This document shows, in pieces, positions 24,791 to 33,667 of a stretch of 43,359 nt of DNA. Origin of the DNA: a virus (taxonomy: Duplodnaviria > Caudoviricetes); IMG/VR virus record IMGVR_UViG_3300033067_000144, positions 1 through 43,359 of that record, one strand, 5' to 3'. How positions within the stretch are numbered: position 1 is the stretch's first letter; each line of letters begins with the position of its first letter. The notes under the pieces were generated by a model. That model did not search any database. It was not told where the DNA came from and was given only the letters and a program-made list of their open reading frames with translations. The translations under genes were made by a program, and so were the position numbers.

Positions 24791-26296
24791 TTAGATCAAG
24801 ACGTGTGAGCCTTCGACTTTGCGGATGGCATCGTCTTTAGCGTAGATCAGGGTGTAGACGGCTTTCCACTCGGTACGACCGTCAGTGGTCACGAAGCTTT
24901 GCAACACACAGTCGACCCAGTAGCCGATGTTGTAGACCTGTTGCCATGCGTTCTCGTCACCGGTCAAGTTGCCGATGTAGAGCTTTTGCGTGGTGTTCAA
25001 AGGCTTGCCCACGCTGATGGTGCCGTTGTAGGTGGCTTGCTCAATCACGCTTTGAATGATCGCCAGCAATTGACCACGGCCAGTGCTGTTGGCAGACACA
25101 CGGGCGGCTGACAAGAACAACGACATGATGGCCGCGCCGACAGCATCTTTGAACCACATTTCGTTGGCGTAGGTGTTCATGTCCACTGGGTCTGTTGCCA
25201 AGCCCATCATGACGCCGCGCTGATAGAAGTCCAAGTATTGACCTGCAGTTTGAGTGCGACCGTAGTAGTTCACACGGTTGGCATCCAAAGTATTGGCCGA
25301 AGCGTTGGTTGACACGCTAGGTGTCAGCGTGGCTTGTTGGAACATGTAGTTTTGCACGCTGTTGCGGCGGCTGTATACCGTGGACGCCAAGATTGCGGCG
25401 GGCAACAACTCAGGGTACTCAGTGCTCAACGGGGCCAGTGTGGTAGCCACGCCGCTGAGACCAGACAATGCGGCGTAGTAACTAGCGGCGTCAGCCTCAG
25501 CGATTGGCACGCTGTAGATGAACTTCACGTTGTACGTGTCGTTTTGCGTGGCCACGGCGGCGACTTGCGCTTGTGACAATGTGGGAATGAAAGCGAACGT
25601 GCCGAAGTTGTCGGAGACTTCAACGGAATCAATGAACGCTTGCAAAGGTTCTTGTGCGGCAACACCTGGTGAAAAAATACCGGTGGCATCCCAACCCAGC
25701 ATGGAACGCACATCGGTACCGCTGGCCGCGATTGCAGTGGCAACGGGCTTGACGCCAGTGCTACCACCCAACAGCTCAAAGCGTTGCGCGGTGGCGTTGT
25801 AGGTCACGGTGGCACCGGTCCAATCGGTACCGCCTGCGCTCACAGCACGAATGGCTGTTTGCAAAATGGTGGCTACGTTTGACAGCGTAGTGGCAGTGCT
25901 GAAATTCAGGTTCAGCAAATCGCCGGTGTAGGCACCGAGGGTCAGCTTGAAACTACCCGTGGTCACGCCGGTGAATTGAGCCACGGCATACGCTTTAGAC
26001 GCACCGTAGATACGTGCGGCGGCGGCAATGTCTGCCCAGCGTGAGAAGCTGATTTTCTTGGGAGCCGTGATCAACTTTGACACGAAGCCAAAGTAAAACA
26101 TGGCGCGCAAATGTTCGGCAGAGCCGGTGCCGAAATAGGTCGCAACGTCTGTTGCGTTATCCATCTCGACGACTGTTTGTGCTGGCACCAATGTGCTGGT
26201 GGTGAACAGGCGCAAGATCAGGTCACGCAAGCGAACGCCTGCACCACCGCCAACGCCGGACGTGATATCAATGTATCGTTTAAAACTGATGGCCAT
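24791..26296 (-). CDS. contractile tail sheath protein (DUF3383-like)
   Basis: 501 aa; MAISFKRYIDITSGV, NYYG.TQ, YANEMW and Y.KDDAIRKVEGSH.LI. Confidence 0.88.
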   Translation of the reverse strand: MAISFKRYIDITSGVGGGAGVRLRDLILRLFTTSTLVPAQTVVEMDNATDVATYFGTGSAEHLRAMFYFGFVSKLITAPKKISFSRWADIAAAARIYGASKAYAVAQFTGVTTGSFKLTLGAYTGDLLNLNFSTATTLSNVATILQTAIRAVSAGGTDWTGATVTYNATAQRFELLGGSTGVKPVATAIAASGTDVRSMLGWDATGIFSPGVAAQEPLQAFIDSVEVSDNFGTFAFIPTLSQAQVAAVATQNDTYNVKFIYSVPIAEADAASYYAALSGLSGVATTLAPLSTEYPELLPAAILASTVYSRRNSVQNYMFQQATLTPSVSTNASANTLDANRVNYYGRTQTAGQYLDFYQRGVMMGLATDPVDMNTYANEMWFKDAVGAAIMSLFLSAARVSANSTGRGQLLAIIQSVIEQATYNGTISVGKPLNTTQKLYIGNLTGDENAWQQVYNIGYWVDCVLQSFVTTDGRTEWKAVYTLIYAKDDAIRKVEGSHVLI

Positions 26297-26313
26297 GGCC
26301 CGTACTCCTTAAA

Positions 26314-26862
26314 TTAACCCACTTGATGCACGCTGGTTGAATACGTGCTCACTGTTGGCAGAGTGGCTACTGCCGTTTGTCGTTGATGGGTCAACACGAT
26401 ATCGAATGTAGGTATTGCCTCAAAACGATCTCGGTCATCCACAATGTACGGGTTTCGAACGTCCGTCACCCGAAGAACTCCAACCCCTGCCGCGCTAAAC
26501 GCTGCCAAGATTGCATCGCTTTGAATGATACCCGAAACGATGTTGAGTGTGTCAGATTCTGTGAGCGCTGTCACATCCGATGGGTCTTGTGGTACCCATG
26601 CGCTAAATTGGTAAGTTGTCTCGTAGGTCTGCGACTCCACGTGATCAAACAGGCCCGTGGTGGCGTTATACACGTCCGAGCGCTTGGGGTGCCCGTGGCG
26701 ATGGTCGCCGATCTTGACAAAATAGACGTAAGCCGCAGTGGCCGCGCCCTGCTGGCGCTGTTGAAAGTTGCGCGCCAGCTTGACCGTGGGAATGTCGGGG
26801 TGCGCTTGCATGGCTGGCAGCACATGCGACATGAACAGCGTGTTCAGTTGTTTGTCATTCAT
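26314..26862 (-). CDS. tail completion/terminator protein
   Basis: ATG at 26862 (MNDKQL); VRNPY..DD.DRFE..PTFD; upstream of the sheath. Confidence 0.7.
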   Translation of the reverse strand: MNDKQLNTLFMSHVLPAMQAHPDIPTVKLARNFQQRQQGAATAAYVYFVKIGDHRHGHPKRSDVYNATTGLFDHVESQTYETTYQFSAWVPQDPSDVTALTESDTLNIVSGIIQSDAILAAFSAAGVGVLRVTDVRNPYIVDDRDRFEAIPTFDIVLTHQRQTAVATLPTVSTYSTSVHQVG

Positions 26863-27229
26863 TTGGCGGTACCTCCACGCACAGCAACATACACCAGCCG
26901 TCTTGGTCTTGCCAGTGCATATCGGATTCGCAAAGCCACTCACGCCCACCGTAGATGACACGGTCACCCTCACGGTCACGGTTGGTTGGCTTAACGTCGA
27001 TCGTGGTGTAGAGCGTCGAATAGTTCTTGGCGATGTTCAGGCCCAATTCTTGGTAGGTCGCCATGTTCATGGCCTGCATACTGCCCTGAATAGCCACGGG
27101 TGCGGCGTAGACCGACACAGTGTCACCCGCCGAGTTTTCAGTGCGGGACACAAACGCCTTGTGCATGAGCCCTTGCGGCGCAATGACGCGCATTGCTATG
27201 CTCAGTAAATTTGCGCCAGGTACAAGCAT
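26855..27229 (-). CDS. head closure / head-tail joining protein
   Basis: Size and position; GSMQA, R...GD and W..QDGW motifs. Confidence 0.65.
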   Translation of the reverse strand: MLVPGANLLSIAMRVIAPQGLMHKAFVSRTENSAGDTVSVYAAPVAIQGSMQAMNMATYQELGLNIAKNYSTLYTTIDVKPTNRDREGDRVIYGGREWLCESDMHWQDQDGWCMLLCVEVPPNE

Positions 27230-27714
27230 TAGTCGATCTCCGATGTGAGTGTGTTCAGCATGACGCCTGTGTCCACCAAAGGCTTGCCGATGCTACTTTC
27301 AGCACCTTTGCCACCATTGGCAAGGCGGCGCTTACGTGCGTCGATTGTCGCCTTTTTAAGTGCTGGTGCTGTCAGCTTGGTGATGGTCTCGCGCACATGA
27401 CCTTCGGCGGCCATGCACACAGCGACCATGATGTTGGACGGGTCCATTTTGCCATTTGCGGCCGCTTTGGTCAGAGCACCCGCTGTGTTGGACCAATCGC
27501 CACGCTTCTCGGTGGCGGTGGTGCGCATGAATGGGCGGGGCGGGATGCCACGGCTAGGGCTTCCAAATTCGTGCACAGCGGCAATACCAGCCACAGGCAC
27601 ACCGTTCTCATACTTGGCTGATTCAAACCAGCCCACGCGCCCCTGTGCGCCATCCAAGCCCTTGATGGTTTCCCGTAGAGCTTCGATCTTGCCAGCTTTG
27701 CGCGTGACTTTCAA
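27229..27714 (-). CDS. neck / tail-completion morphogenesis protein
   Basis: HEFG....IPPRPFMR and KPLVDTG.M motifs. Confidence 0.75.
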   Translation of the reverse strand: MKVTRKAGKIEALRETIKGLDGAQGRVGWFESAKYENGVPVAGIAAVHEFGSPSRGIPPRPFMRTTATEKRGDWSNTAGALTKAAANGKMDPSNIMVAVCMAAEGHVRETITKLTAPALKKATIDARKRRLANGGKGAESSIGKPLVDTGVMLNTLTSEID

Positions 27715-28157
27715 AATACACCGCCCACTTTGCGGAACGCCGCACGTTCAGGCAAGCCACCCACAAAGAAGCCGCCAGCGCTTTGCATTTCGAGCAAGGC
27801 GACAAGCTGGGCGCCGTAGGGTGTGGTGTTGAGCCACCAGCGCCATTGGCCGCGAATGGGTGGGGGTTGCATGGTGACGGACACACTGCCGATGGTGGCT
27901 GATTGAACAATGCCAACTTGACCGCCGCCACCGGCTACGTTTTGGGCAATGATGACGCCCAGCGCCAGCAAGTGGGCCATCGTCAAATAAATGGCGTGGG
28001 TGCGCACGGCTTCGCTCATGTCGCCGTAAGTATCAGCGGTGACGTATGAGGTGGCAATGTCAAATTGCAGCTGTAGCGTGCTGTCAGGATATTTGGTTGT
28101 GTCGGCAAACTGTGGAGTCTGAGCCCGAAAGTCTGCAATGTTGAGCGTGATGGTCAT
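27711..28157 (-). CDS. head-tail adaptor (DUF4054-like)
   Basis: FR...PQF....YPD, AHL, SATIGSVSV and W...TPYG motifs. Confidence 0.8.
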   Translation of the reverse strand: MTITLNIADFRAQTPQFADTTKYPDSTLQLQFDIATSYVTADTYGDMSEAVRTHAIYLTMAHLLALGVIIAQNVAGGGGQVGIVQSATIGSVSVTMQPPPIRGQWRWWLNTTPYGAQLVALLEMQSAGGFFVGGLPERAAFRKVGGVF

Positions 28158-28166
28158 GATGTGCCT

Positions 28167-28206
28167 CAAAAAAGAAAGGCCGATGGCTTATTACAGCACA
28201 TCGGCC
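28167..28206 (-). terminator. Rho-independent terminator after the capsid genes
   Basis: GGCCGATG...CATCGGCC stem (28178-28206) followed by TTTCTTTTTT on the - strand. Confidence 0.7.
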
Positions 28207-28224
28207 CCTTTGTACGTCTAGGTG

Positions 28225-28608
28225 TTACTTCTTGCGTGAAGCTTTGCTATCCGTTTCAGTACCCATCGGCAGGCCATCGGTTGGCATGTCTTCGGGCACG
28301 ACTGGTGCGGATTGATCGCGGCCAGTCATATCGGCTGCGACCTTCTCGGGATCCTTCTTGCCTTCGGAAATTTGGACGTAGCCATTTTTCTCATGCAATT
28401 GGAACACGCGATTAGCTCGCAGGTACTCGGCTTCTTGCTCAGTGATCTCAGTGACCACACCGCGAGGCGTGACCAAACGATCGTTCGCAACACCAGCACC
28501 GCCCTTGACGAACACAGGTGGCAAGTCGATAGGCATATCAGCCCCGCCCTCTGAGTGGTTGGTGTAGGCCATATCACAGGCCAGTGTCGAATAGACGTAC
28601 AGTTTCAT
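28225..28608 (-). CDS. hypothetical protein downstream of the major capsid gene
   Basis: ORF tightly coupled to the MCP; TPRGVVT motif. Confidence 0.7.
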   Translation of the reverse strand: MKLYVYSTLACDMAYTNHSEGGADMPIDLPPVFVKGGAGVANDRLVTPRGVVTEITEQEAEYLRANRVFQLHEKNGYVQISEGKKDPEKVAADMTGRDQSAPVVPEDMPTDGLPMGTETDSKASRKK

Positions 28609-28610
28609 TT

Positions 28611-29732
28611 TTAAACTCCAGTTAAGCGCTGAACAGCGAAGGGACGCTTCAACAACACACCGGCGGTAGCGTTGCTGAAATCTTCCAAGTAGCCCTTGGC
28701 TTGCTTTTCAGTGCCGAGAGCTTGGAACTTTGCGGGGACGATCTGTGCAAATGTAGCACCACCGTCACTGCCACCATCATCGACGGAGTCAGCGAACAGG
28801 TAAGCCACGTTGGCACCGCCGTTGGCGAGGTTCAGCTCAGGTGCAGAGATCACGCGGCACTTTGGATAAGTGTCGCTCAACCACTTGCGAACGCTGATAC
28901 CGAAGTCAGACACCACGGACAAGTATTGGTACACGTTGGTGGCCAAAACGAGTGTGGTTGCTGTTTGCTCGACGTTCACTTGGTCTTGTGATGCGGCTTG
29001 CACACGGGCGAACATGCCACGGATATCAGCCGTGATGTTCAAGAAGGTCTTGTTTGCCCATGTGGTGGACGAACCCGAACCAGTGGCGGCGGCAGACACG
29101 TAAGCTGGCAACGCTGGGTCATTCAAGAAGCCGTACGTGCGGTTTGAGCCGCCGTTGTAGCCATAGAAGCCAATACGGTTGCGCGTGATATCCAAAGCCA
29201 AAGCTGCGGATGTACGCTTTTCAGCGGCGGTGTTGATGCGCACACGTGCGCTGCGTGCATCTTCCAGCAAGCCAACCTTGATACCCTTTTCGAAGCGCAA
29301 CACAGTGCGGCGCTCGAAGTTCACGTTCCAGCTTGACAGCGGAATGTTGGTGTAGTCGTGGTAGGGTGCGGCTTCGCCCAAAGGCTCCAACACACCTTGG
29401 ATGATTTCTTCATCATCCCACTGGCCAGCGGTGGTGATACCGACGATCTCGTCAATGCGACGAGCGGCGGTGATGGCACGCACAAAGCCGGGCAACCAAG
29501 ATTGCAAGAACTGCACGGGGTTGCTGATGCTTGCTGTGGTGGTACTGAGACCTTGCAGGTCGTCCATAGCGGTACCGGCCAGCATGTGAGACATTTGGTC
29601 TTGCACAACGCTTGCTGGCATGTTGATGCCGATTTGCGACAACGCTGAGAAGTCGGCGCAGTCTTCGGCAGTCATCTCGACTGCACGAACGTCACGTCCG
29701 AAGACGTGGGAGTGAACGGTGGATTTTTTCAT
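28611..29732 (-). CDS. major capsid protein (DUF2184-like, HK97 fold)
   Basis: 373 aa; N.IGFYG, YGFLNDP.LP and ATAGVLLKRPFAV motifs; gene order. Confidence 0.88.
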   Translation of the reverse strand: MKKSTVHSHVFGRDVRAVEMTAEDCADFSALSQIGINMPASVVQDQMSHMLAGTAMDDLQGLSTTTASISNPVQFLQSWLPGFVRAITAARRIDEIVGITTAGQWDDEEIIQGVLEPLGEAAPYHDYTNIPLSSWNVNFERRTVLRFEKGIKVGLLEDARSARVRINTAAEKRTSAALALDITRNRIGFYGYNGGSNRTYGFLNDPALPAYVSAAATGSGSSTTWANKTFLNITADIRGMFARVQAASQDQVNVEQTATTLVLATNVYQYLSVVSDFGISVRKWLSDTYPKCRVISAPELNLANGGANVAYLFADSVDDGGSDGGATFAQIVPAKFQALGTEKQAKGYLEDFSNATAGVLLKRPFAVQRLTGV

Positions 29733-29737
29733 GATGA

Positions 29738-30220
29738 TTAAGCTCCTGTGAGGCTGATCACTGCCAAGCCAGCGGCTGCGTTTGCGTAGCGTTTGACTTG
29801 TGCGTTTGCGATTTGTGTTTGACCTGCGCCAGCCGTACCAGCACCCAATGTGCCGTCAGCTTGCACGAAGTACACGCCTGCGCCAATAGCGGCTGCGTTG
29901 GTCAAGTAGACCAAGATTTCGCCCATGGTAACAAACGATGCTTCGCTACCTGCTGGCAACACCAATGTGGGAGCCAACGGACCCTCAGACGATGTGCCGA
30001 TGGACGACTGAGACTTGGGATTAGCCAAGATACCGCCAAACACACCTGTGCCACCTGGCTGAAACTTACCGTCAGCAGCGTCAATCGTAAATGCACGACC
30101 GATCACGATGTTGGCGGCTGTTGCACCTTTGATGGTGCCGGGCTGTGCGCGCAATGGGCCTTCGAAGACCACTTCACCAACGACACCAAAGCCTTGGTTC
30201 ATGTTCACTGTTGATTGCAT
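29738..30220 (-). CDS. capsid decoration/cement protein
   Basis: 160 aa, Gly/Ala-rich, between the protease and the MCP. Confidence 0.7.
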   Translation of the reverse strand: MQSTVNMNQGFGVVGEVVFEGPLRAQPGTIKGATAANIVIGRAFTIDAADGKFQPGGTGVFGGILANPKSQSSIGTSSEGPLAPTLVLPAGSEASFVTMGEILVYLTNAAAIGAGVYFVQADGTLGAGTAGAGQTQIANAQVKRYANAAAGLAVISLTGA

Positions 30221-30222
30221 GA

Positions 30223-31827
30223 TTATTTACCTCCCAAATGACGGGACACGAAATTCACCGATTTGGCGCTGTCCATGCCAGTGGCAGTGGAGGCGTGAGC
30301 CGGTGGGGTTGAAGTTGCTTTTGCTTTCAAGAAGCCAGTGAGTTCAGCGGCTGAGTTGACGCCAAGCTTTTTACAGCCATACGCCACCACTTCGTCATAG
30401 GTCTTTTCAGCGTGGTCAAACGTGCCCACATGTGCAGACAGTTGTTTAGCCAGTGTGTCACGTGCGGCAATTTTTGCCAACACGCGGCGCTCCATTGCAT
30501 CCATGCCCGAAGATTCTTCGTCTTCATCTTTGGCCGCACCGGCTGGTGTACCTTCGCCACCATCCTCAGGTTTGACCTGATCGGTGTTGTCCTCATCGGC
30601 AACGCCACCAGTGGCTGCGGTTTCGGTTTGTTCAGCGGCACCAAGCATGGGGGCCATTGCTGCGGTGAGTTTCGCAACTTGCGGTGCGAGTTCGGTTACC
30701 ACGGCCACGATCTGCTCAAGAGTCATAGACCCCGCACCTGTCGCGCCGCTTTGGTTTTCATCTGCCATTTTTATCTCCATAGCGTCAAAACTAAAAGTGA
30801 AGCGATCCATTACGGCCACGTCCGGCCCCATGCGCCCCTCGTTTACAAGGGCAAGGTGATTGCCCCTGATTTTTCGCTGTACTGCGTCATAGCTTTGGCC
30901 GTTCCAAACGCCCGAAGTCATGTCGTAGATGCAACGATATCCGGCAGACAGCTCGCGCTTGCCAGCCTGAATCAATGATGCGAGTGTATTCGAAAACGCC
31001 TTGATGTTGGCAAATAACGTGCCATCTTCAAAAAATACGTTTTCGCCGATCACACCTTGCACGCCTTTTTTCTCTGCTGCCATTGCTGATGGGCTGAGTT
31101 CTTGCATGTTTGGGCCAAGCATGGTGTGGTCGTCAATCCACGGGATGAGCTTAAACGACTCCAAGCATGCAGGGTCGCTGAGTTCTTCGGGTGGGCGTAA
31201 CACTTGGAAAATGCGGTCAGCGTCTGCACCCTTGAGGCCAAGCTGGCGCCCTGAGTAGGGGAACACGCCGACCTTGCTGATCGGGTTGTTCTTGATCTCA
31301 AACCAGCCGTTGCCATCAACCTCGCGCGCGCCATCCATGCCGAAAGTGGCCGTGGCGGGGTTGGCTAGAGTGGCGGCACAGCCGGGGTGCATGGGTTGAG
31401 GTAGGGCGCTCAGCGGTGCCCACACGTAGCCCACATGCTCGTCGTTCAAGACGGGCGCAAACATTTGCGGCACGTTGTGCAAGAAGGTCGTGAAGCCGTT
31501 GGCCCAATCGACCACAGTCAGCTCACCTGTGGGCGTGTAGCCGATCTCCTCTTGGCTTTCGCGGATGGCCGCTTGCTCAGGTGTCTCACCTTCGTCAATC
31601 GCTCCAGCAGGAAAGCACCACGTGTTCGGGTGCGCTCCAGCCGTGGCCGCGCGTAGCAACAGCAACACACGGTCGCCCGTGCGGTACATGATGCCAGCGG
31701 CTGAGTCTTCACCTTCGGCCACGCTATACGCAATGGCGGCGGCTTGGCGTGGGTCATGCCCAGCGCGAATCAACTCGCCAATGTTGGCCGAGATAACCTC
31801 GCCTGAGCTTCCTTTTTGTAAGGGCAT
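30223..31827 (-). CDS. prohead protease/scaffold (DUF2213-like) with an N-terminal NUDIX hydrolase domain
   Basis: Nudix box [22 protein letters not shown]; [15 protein letters not shown] and NHLALV..GR.G; acidic scaffold-like C-terminus. ATG at 31827. Confidence 0.85.
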   Translation of the reverse strand: MPLQKGSSGEVISANIGELIRAGHDPRQAAAIAYSVAEGEDSAAGIMYRTGDRVLLLLRAATAGAHPNTWCFPAGAIDEGETPEQAAIRESQEEIGYTPTGELTVVDWANGFTTFLHNVPQMFAPVLNDEHVGYVWAPLSALPQPMHPGCAATLANPATATFGMDGAREVDGNGWFEIKNNPISKVGVFPYSGRQLGLKGADADRIFQVLRPPEELSDPACLESFKLIPWIDDHTMLGPNMQELSPSAMAAEKKGVQGVIGENVFFEDGTLFANIKAFSNTLASLIQAGKRELSAGYRCIYDMTSGVWNGQSYDAVQRKIRGNHLALVNEGRMGPDVAVMDRFTFSFDAMEIKMADENQSGATGAGSMTLEQIVAVVTELAPQVAKLTAAMAPMLGAAEQTETAATGGVADEDNTDQVKPEDGGEGTPAGAAKDEDEESSGMDAMERRVLAKIAARDTLAKQLSAHVGTFDHAEKTYDEVVAYGCKKLGVNSAAELTGFLKAKATSTPPAHASTATGMDSAKSVNFVSRHLGGK

Positions 31828-31837
31828 GATGTGTCTC

Positions 31838-32308
31838 TTAGTAGGGGCCTGAATGCGCGACTTCTTTGCGCTCACTCATGACCATGTGCAAAACTCCGGG
31901 GTGCATGCGCCACGGCTCGGTCAGCCCAATGACGGTAGCACAAACCTCGGAGCAAAAGAACTTGGTGGGGTGTTCACGGCTGACAAAAGGTAACACCGAG
32001 CGCACACAGCCCACGAGGTCGTAGGGTTCACCCTTGTGTTGGTTTAAGAAATTGAGCACTTGCTGCGGGTACACGCCGCCCAGCGGAATAATGTCCCACT
32101 TGTCGGGCGACAGCTGCATCACCTTGCCACGCACGCCACCCTCGGTGCCAACGCTTGAAACGCATAGCACAGCACCTTCAAACGGGTTGCCCACGCAAAT
32201 CTCGCTGTGGCTGTATTGGCTTTTGGTGAAGAAACGAATGGCACGATTGACCCAACCTTGCCAGCCGGTGTGGGTGGACTTGTACGAAGCCAGATAGACG
32301 TTTGACAT
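31838..32308 (-). CDS. permuted papain-like (NlpC/P60, YiiX-type) enzyme
   Basis: His motif YSHSEI precedes the Cys motif FFCSEV, with G..YD between them. Confidence 0.7.
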   Translation of the reverse strand: MSNVYLASYKSTHTGWQGWVNRAIRFFTKSQYSHSEICVGNPFEGAVLCVSSVGTEGGVRGKVMQLSPDKWDIIPLGGVYPQQVLNFLNQHKGEPYDLVGCVRSVLPFVSREHPTKFFCSEVCATVIGLTEPWRMHPGVLHMVMSERKEVAHSGPY

Positions 32309-32320
32309 GAGGGTAACTCC

Positions 32321-33667
32321 TTAGAAAGTGTTGAGCTTGGCTTGCTTGGCGTTTTTGTACGCCTTCTCTGCGAAGTCTTTCACCTCGACCAGAGAATGCG
32401 TATCGACAACAAAGCCCGTGCCGCCGATTTTAGCGATGATGTCGCTCACGATCTCAGAGCGCAAGCCTGCCGATTCGGCGGTGGCTGGTGAGCCCAAGAT
32501 GATGCTGTAGCCGCTGGCGTTGCCGCGCACACGGTCGTCAGCGCTGGCGCCTGTGTCGCTGTAGATCACGGGGCATGTCAGCTTCACCGAAGCGTCAGAA
32601 CTAGCGGTCAAGTACATGCTGATCGGGTTGCTTGGAGGAATCAGAATCTTTTGCGTCGAGCTGTTGGCCGTGACGGGTTCGCTCCATGTCCACACCAAGC
32701 CTGACAAATGCTGGATGCGCTGGGTGGCCTGATACAGCTCGGCAAAGCCCGGCGCTGTGATGGCACCCGTGGTGTTGGTGACCGACACCTTCATTGCGAC
32801 AGCATCGTATTGGAAAGCGTCAGCCAGCGCCACCACGTAGCTCATGGTGTACTGCGGCGTATTGTTGGCGCTCACCTGATAGGCGAGGGCAGCATCAAGA
32901 ATCTGCGTCTTAGCCGTGTCGATCTGCAGCGTCTTCCAATCGTAGCCAGGCGCACGTACCTGCACGTCATACAAGGCCACATCCATAAGCACCGTGGCAG
33001 TGTTGCCAGTGCCTGATACGTTGGTCCATGTGCCGCCGCTGTGCTTCATGTAACGCAAGTACCACGTGATGCCAAACCCTTGAGGGTCAAGGTTGAAAAT
33101 GTTAGCGCGTAAGCCCGAAGCGTCTTGATAAGCGATATTAATCGTCGTGCCAGCTTCAGCCGATACCGTGCCAGTGGTCTTGATACTGAAAAGCGTCGAA
33201 CCTTGGCCCACGGTCGTGGCCTTGATGGTGAATTTGTTTGTAGGCTTATCGTAGGCCAGCGGGACAGTGGCGGTATTGCTGTAATACACGTCTGCATCGC
33301 TGAAATTGAGTGCTGTACCGTCTTTGTAGACCTTGGCAGCGTAGGGGATGCCAGCGTTTAAGGTTGTCCAGTATGCGAAGTAATCATTCATCATATTCAC
33401 ATCGGACAAATTGGTATAGGCCGCTAACACCACGGGGTCTGTGATGATTAGGCTAGTGTTTTGAACCCATCCAGTCGCCGCCAAAAAGTCGCCACCTGTC
33501 GCAGGGGTGAAAGTGCCAGATTGATAGATGTAGCCTTCGCGGGTTGCAATCCACTTCCATGTGCCAGTTTTACCAGCGGCTAAATACTGGATATTTGTAC
33601 CAGTTTGCCCCGTTTGGTAAAGATACTGAGCGCCTGTGTTGTCTTCAATGTAGATACTTGATGCCAT
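32321..33667 (-). CDS. hypothetical beta-rich protein (448 aa), probably virion-associated
   Basis: Long Thr/Ser/Gly-rich ORF, coupled by TAATG to the upstream gene. Confidence 0.7.
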   Translation of the reverse strand: MASSIYIEDNTGAQYLYQTGQTGTNIQYLAAGKTGTWKWIATREGYIYQSGTFTPATGGDFLAATGWVQNTSLIITDPVVLAAYTNLSDVNMMNDYFAYWTTLNAGIPYAAKVYKDGTALNFSDADVYYSNTATVPLAYDKPTNKFTIKATTVGQGSTLFSIKTTGTVSAEAGTTINIAYQDASGLRANIFNLDPQGFGITWYLRYMKHSGGTWTNVSGTGNTATVLMDVALYDVQVRAPGYDWKTLQIDTAKTQILDAALAYQVSANNTPQYTMSYVVALADAFQYDAVAMKVSVTNTTGAITAPGFAELYQATQRIQHLSGLVWTWSEPVTANSSTQKILIPPSNPISMYLTASSDASVKLTCPVIYSDTGASADDRVRGNASGYSIILGSPATAESAGLRSEIVSDIIAKIGGTGFVVDTHSLVEVKDFAEKAYKNAKQAKLNTF

